DNA from: Camelus ferus
Lineage: Eukaryota
DNA: 64,000 bases
NCBI RefSeq assembly: GCF_009834535.1
Contig: NC_045697.1
Span: forward strand, 46,192,001 to 46,256,000
Direction: 5' to 3'
How positions within the stretch are numbered: position 1 is the stretch's first letter; each line of letters starts with the position of its first letter. Under the pieces are notes generated by a model. The model was given only the letters and a program-made list of their open reading frames with translations, ran no database searches and was not told where the DNA came from. Positions 62,421-64,000 of this stretch are shown piece by piece. The position numbers and the translations under genes were made by a program.

Positions 62421-64000
62421 TAGTAGAGACTAATCTGGAAGGAATGATTGATATTTCGAAGTGGTGCTTCAGGTCTCTCAGTGGAATCAAGCAAATGCAC
62501 AAACAATTTAGTTCTCTTCGCTAATAGAGGGGAAAGGAGGTATGAGTAATATAAAAGAGCCGATAATCTGAAAATCAATATCATTCATATTGGCTGTGCA
62601 ATGTGCAGTGAAACCCAGATCCCTGCCTTAGTTGTGTGTATTTACTGCTTCCCAACTTCCCCCCTCTCTGGTACTATAAGTTGTTCTCCATTTTCTTGTT
62701 TAGATGTAATATATTAATCAACTAGGAATTTGAAGAACATTAGGGAGGAGAAAGACACGGACCTATTTGGATATATTACTGGATTGAGCAGACATCCTGT
62801 ATCTCCAGTCTTACTCTGAGGTCCACTGATGTTGAATATGTTTACCTTTATAAAAGAACTTGCTTTCAAGTACACAGACACACATACATACACACACATA
62901 TATATAAATTCAAATTTATATATAAATTTTTTTTCCCAAATCAATGTTACAGTGTTTCATATGACCATTTCTATGGCCTTTGAATCCATCATTGTGACAA
63001 GTTAGAAGTGGTCATTGACATATTTTGAAGAATAGTTGCTTTCCATAGTGGGAAGGGAGATAATTCTGCTTCATATTTGTATTTACTTCAGTTAGTACAA
63101 AGTATGCAAGATAGTTTTTGCTCAATTCTTGTTGAATAAATGAATGGGTTAATAACATTTGGAAATCAAATTTCTCCAAACTGTAAGTTTAGCAAGAGAG
63201 ATTATTGTACTTTGTTTTGCATAATATGTGGATTTCTGAAAAGTTATGTGTATATGGGTTTTTTTAAATAATGTTTTTCTTTAAAAATGTCAAGAAAGCA
63301 TAATATTTAAAGGGACTCAGGCAGATAACTTATATATAATTCACAGAATTGACATAGCAAATCAATCAAACTTCTGATTTTTTTGTGCTTTAAGTTTTAC
63401 TTTTCCTGGATAGGACATCTCTCTGCAGGTGAGCAGTCCAGCTTACAACCTCAGTCATCTCACTGACACTTCCTTTCATACTTTCCTCTGGGCATCTGGG
63501 TCTCATCGAGGGCCAGAGCAATAGTAGTCCCTAACAACCCGCATATAGCAGCTTTCTATATCCACTTACATAACAGTCCTTGCCTTCTTGAAAAGAAGTT
63601 ATCTCCATTGCCCAGCTTAATTTCCAAAGATACAGCTTTTGATCCAGTCTCTCCATTAGGAGAAAAAAAGAACCGTTTTAACATTTATGGAGTGCATACA
63701 AAGAGAAAAGCATTTCGAGTAATACCAGATGCATAGTGGACTCAGCAATTGTCACCTGCATACACTGTGTCCGGTTTTCTGTTAGGTACTTTACATGTGG
63801 GTTCTCCAGCACTTTGATGAAGGGTAGTCACTGGTCGACAAGGCTGGCATTCTGTGGACGTGCGCGGACAGGGTTTAAATGGTTAATCACAATTAGAGAT
63901 TCTTCCCTTAGCACTGACTCTATCTAACAGGGAAGAAGTTGGAATGGGATAAAGAGGCTTCCATTTCAAGAGGCAGCATAATATTGCAGCTAAAAGCTGC

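Overview
Mammalian genomic DNA, AT-rich and repeat-dense. It is most likely from a camelid, because it carries three tRNA-derived SINEs resembling the camelid vic-1 family. The only recognisable protein-coding gene is the 5' end of ANTXR2 (CMG2, anthrax toxin receptor 2) on the + strand: a CpG-island promoter (~58.1-59.3 kb) and coding exons 1-3 (59003-59154, 59810-59881, 62318-62389) encoding the signal peptide and the start of the VWA domain with the MIDAS DxSxS motif. The gene continues beyond the window. The upstream ~58 kb is intergenic and holds L1, L2, MIR, MaLR/ERVL LTRs, a decayed ERVL provirus, hAT/mariner MITEs, microsatellites and several motif-dense unique segments that may be enhancers. 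Nearly all listed ORFs look like artefacts. I found no convincing novel biological system. The best leads are a hypothetical spliced small-ORF/lncRNA locus at 8.8-11.4 kb, candidate ANTXR2 enhancers, G4/i-motif structures around the promoter and a twin-primed L1 inversion. Repeat family names come from recalled consensus sequences, not a database search, and repeat boundaries are approximate unless TSDs are given.
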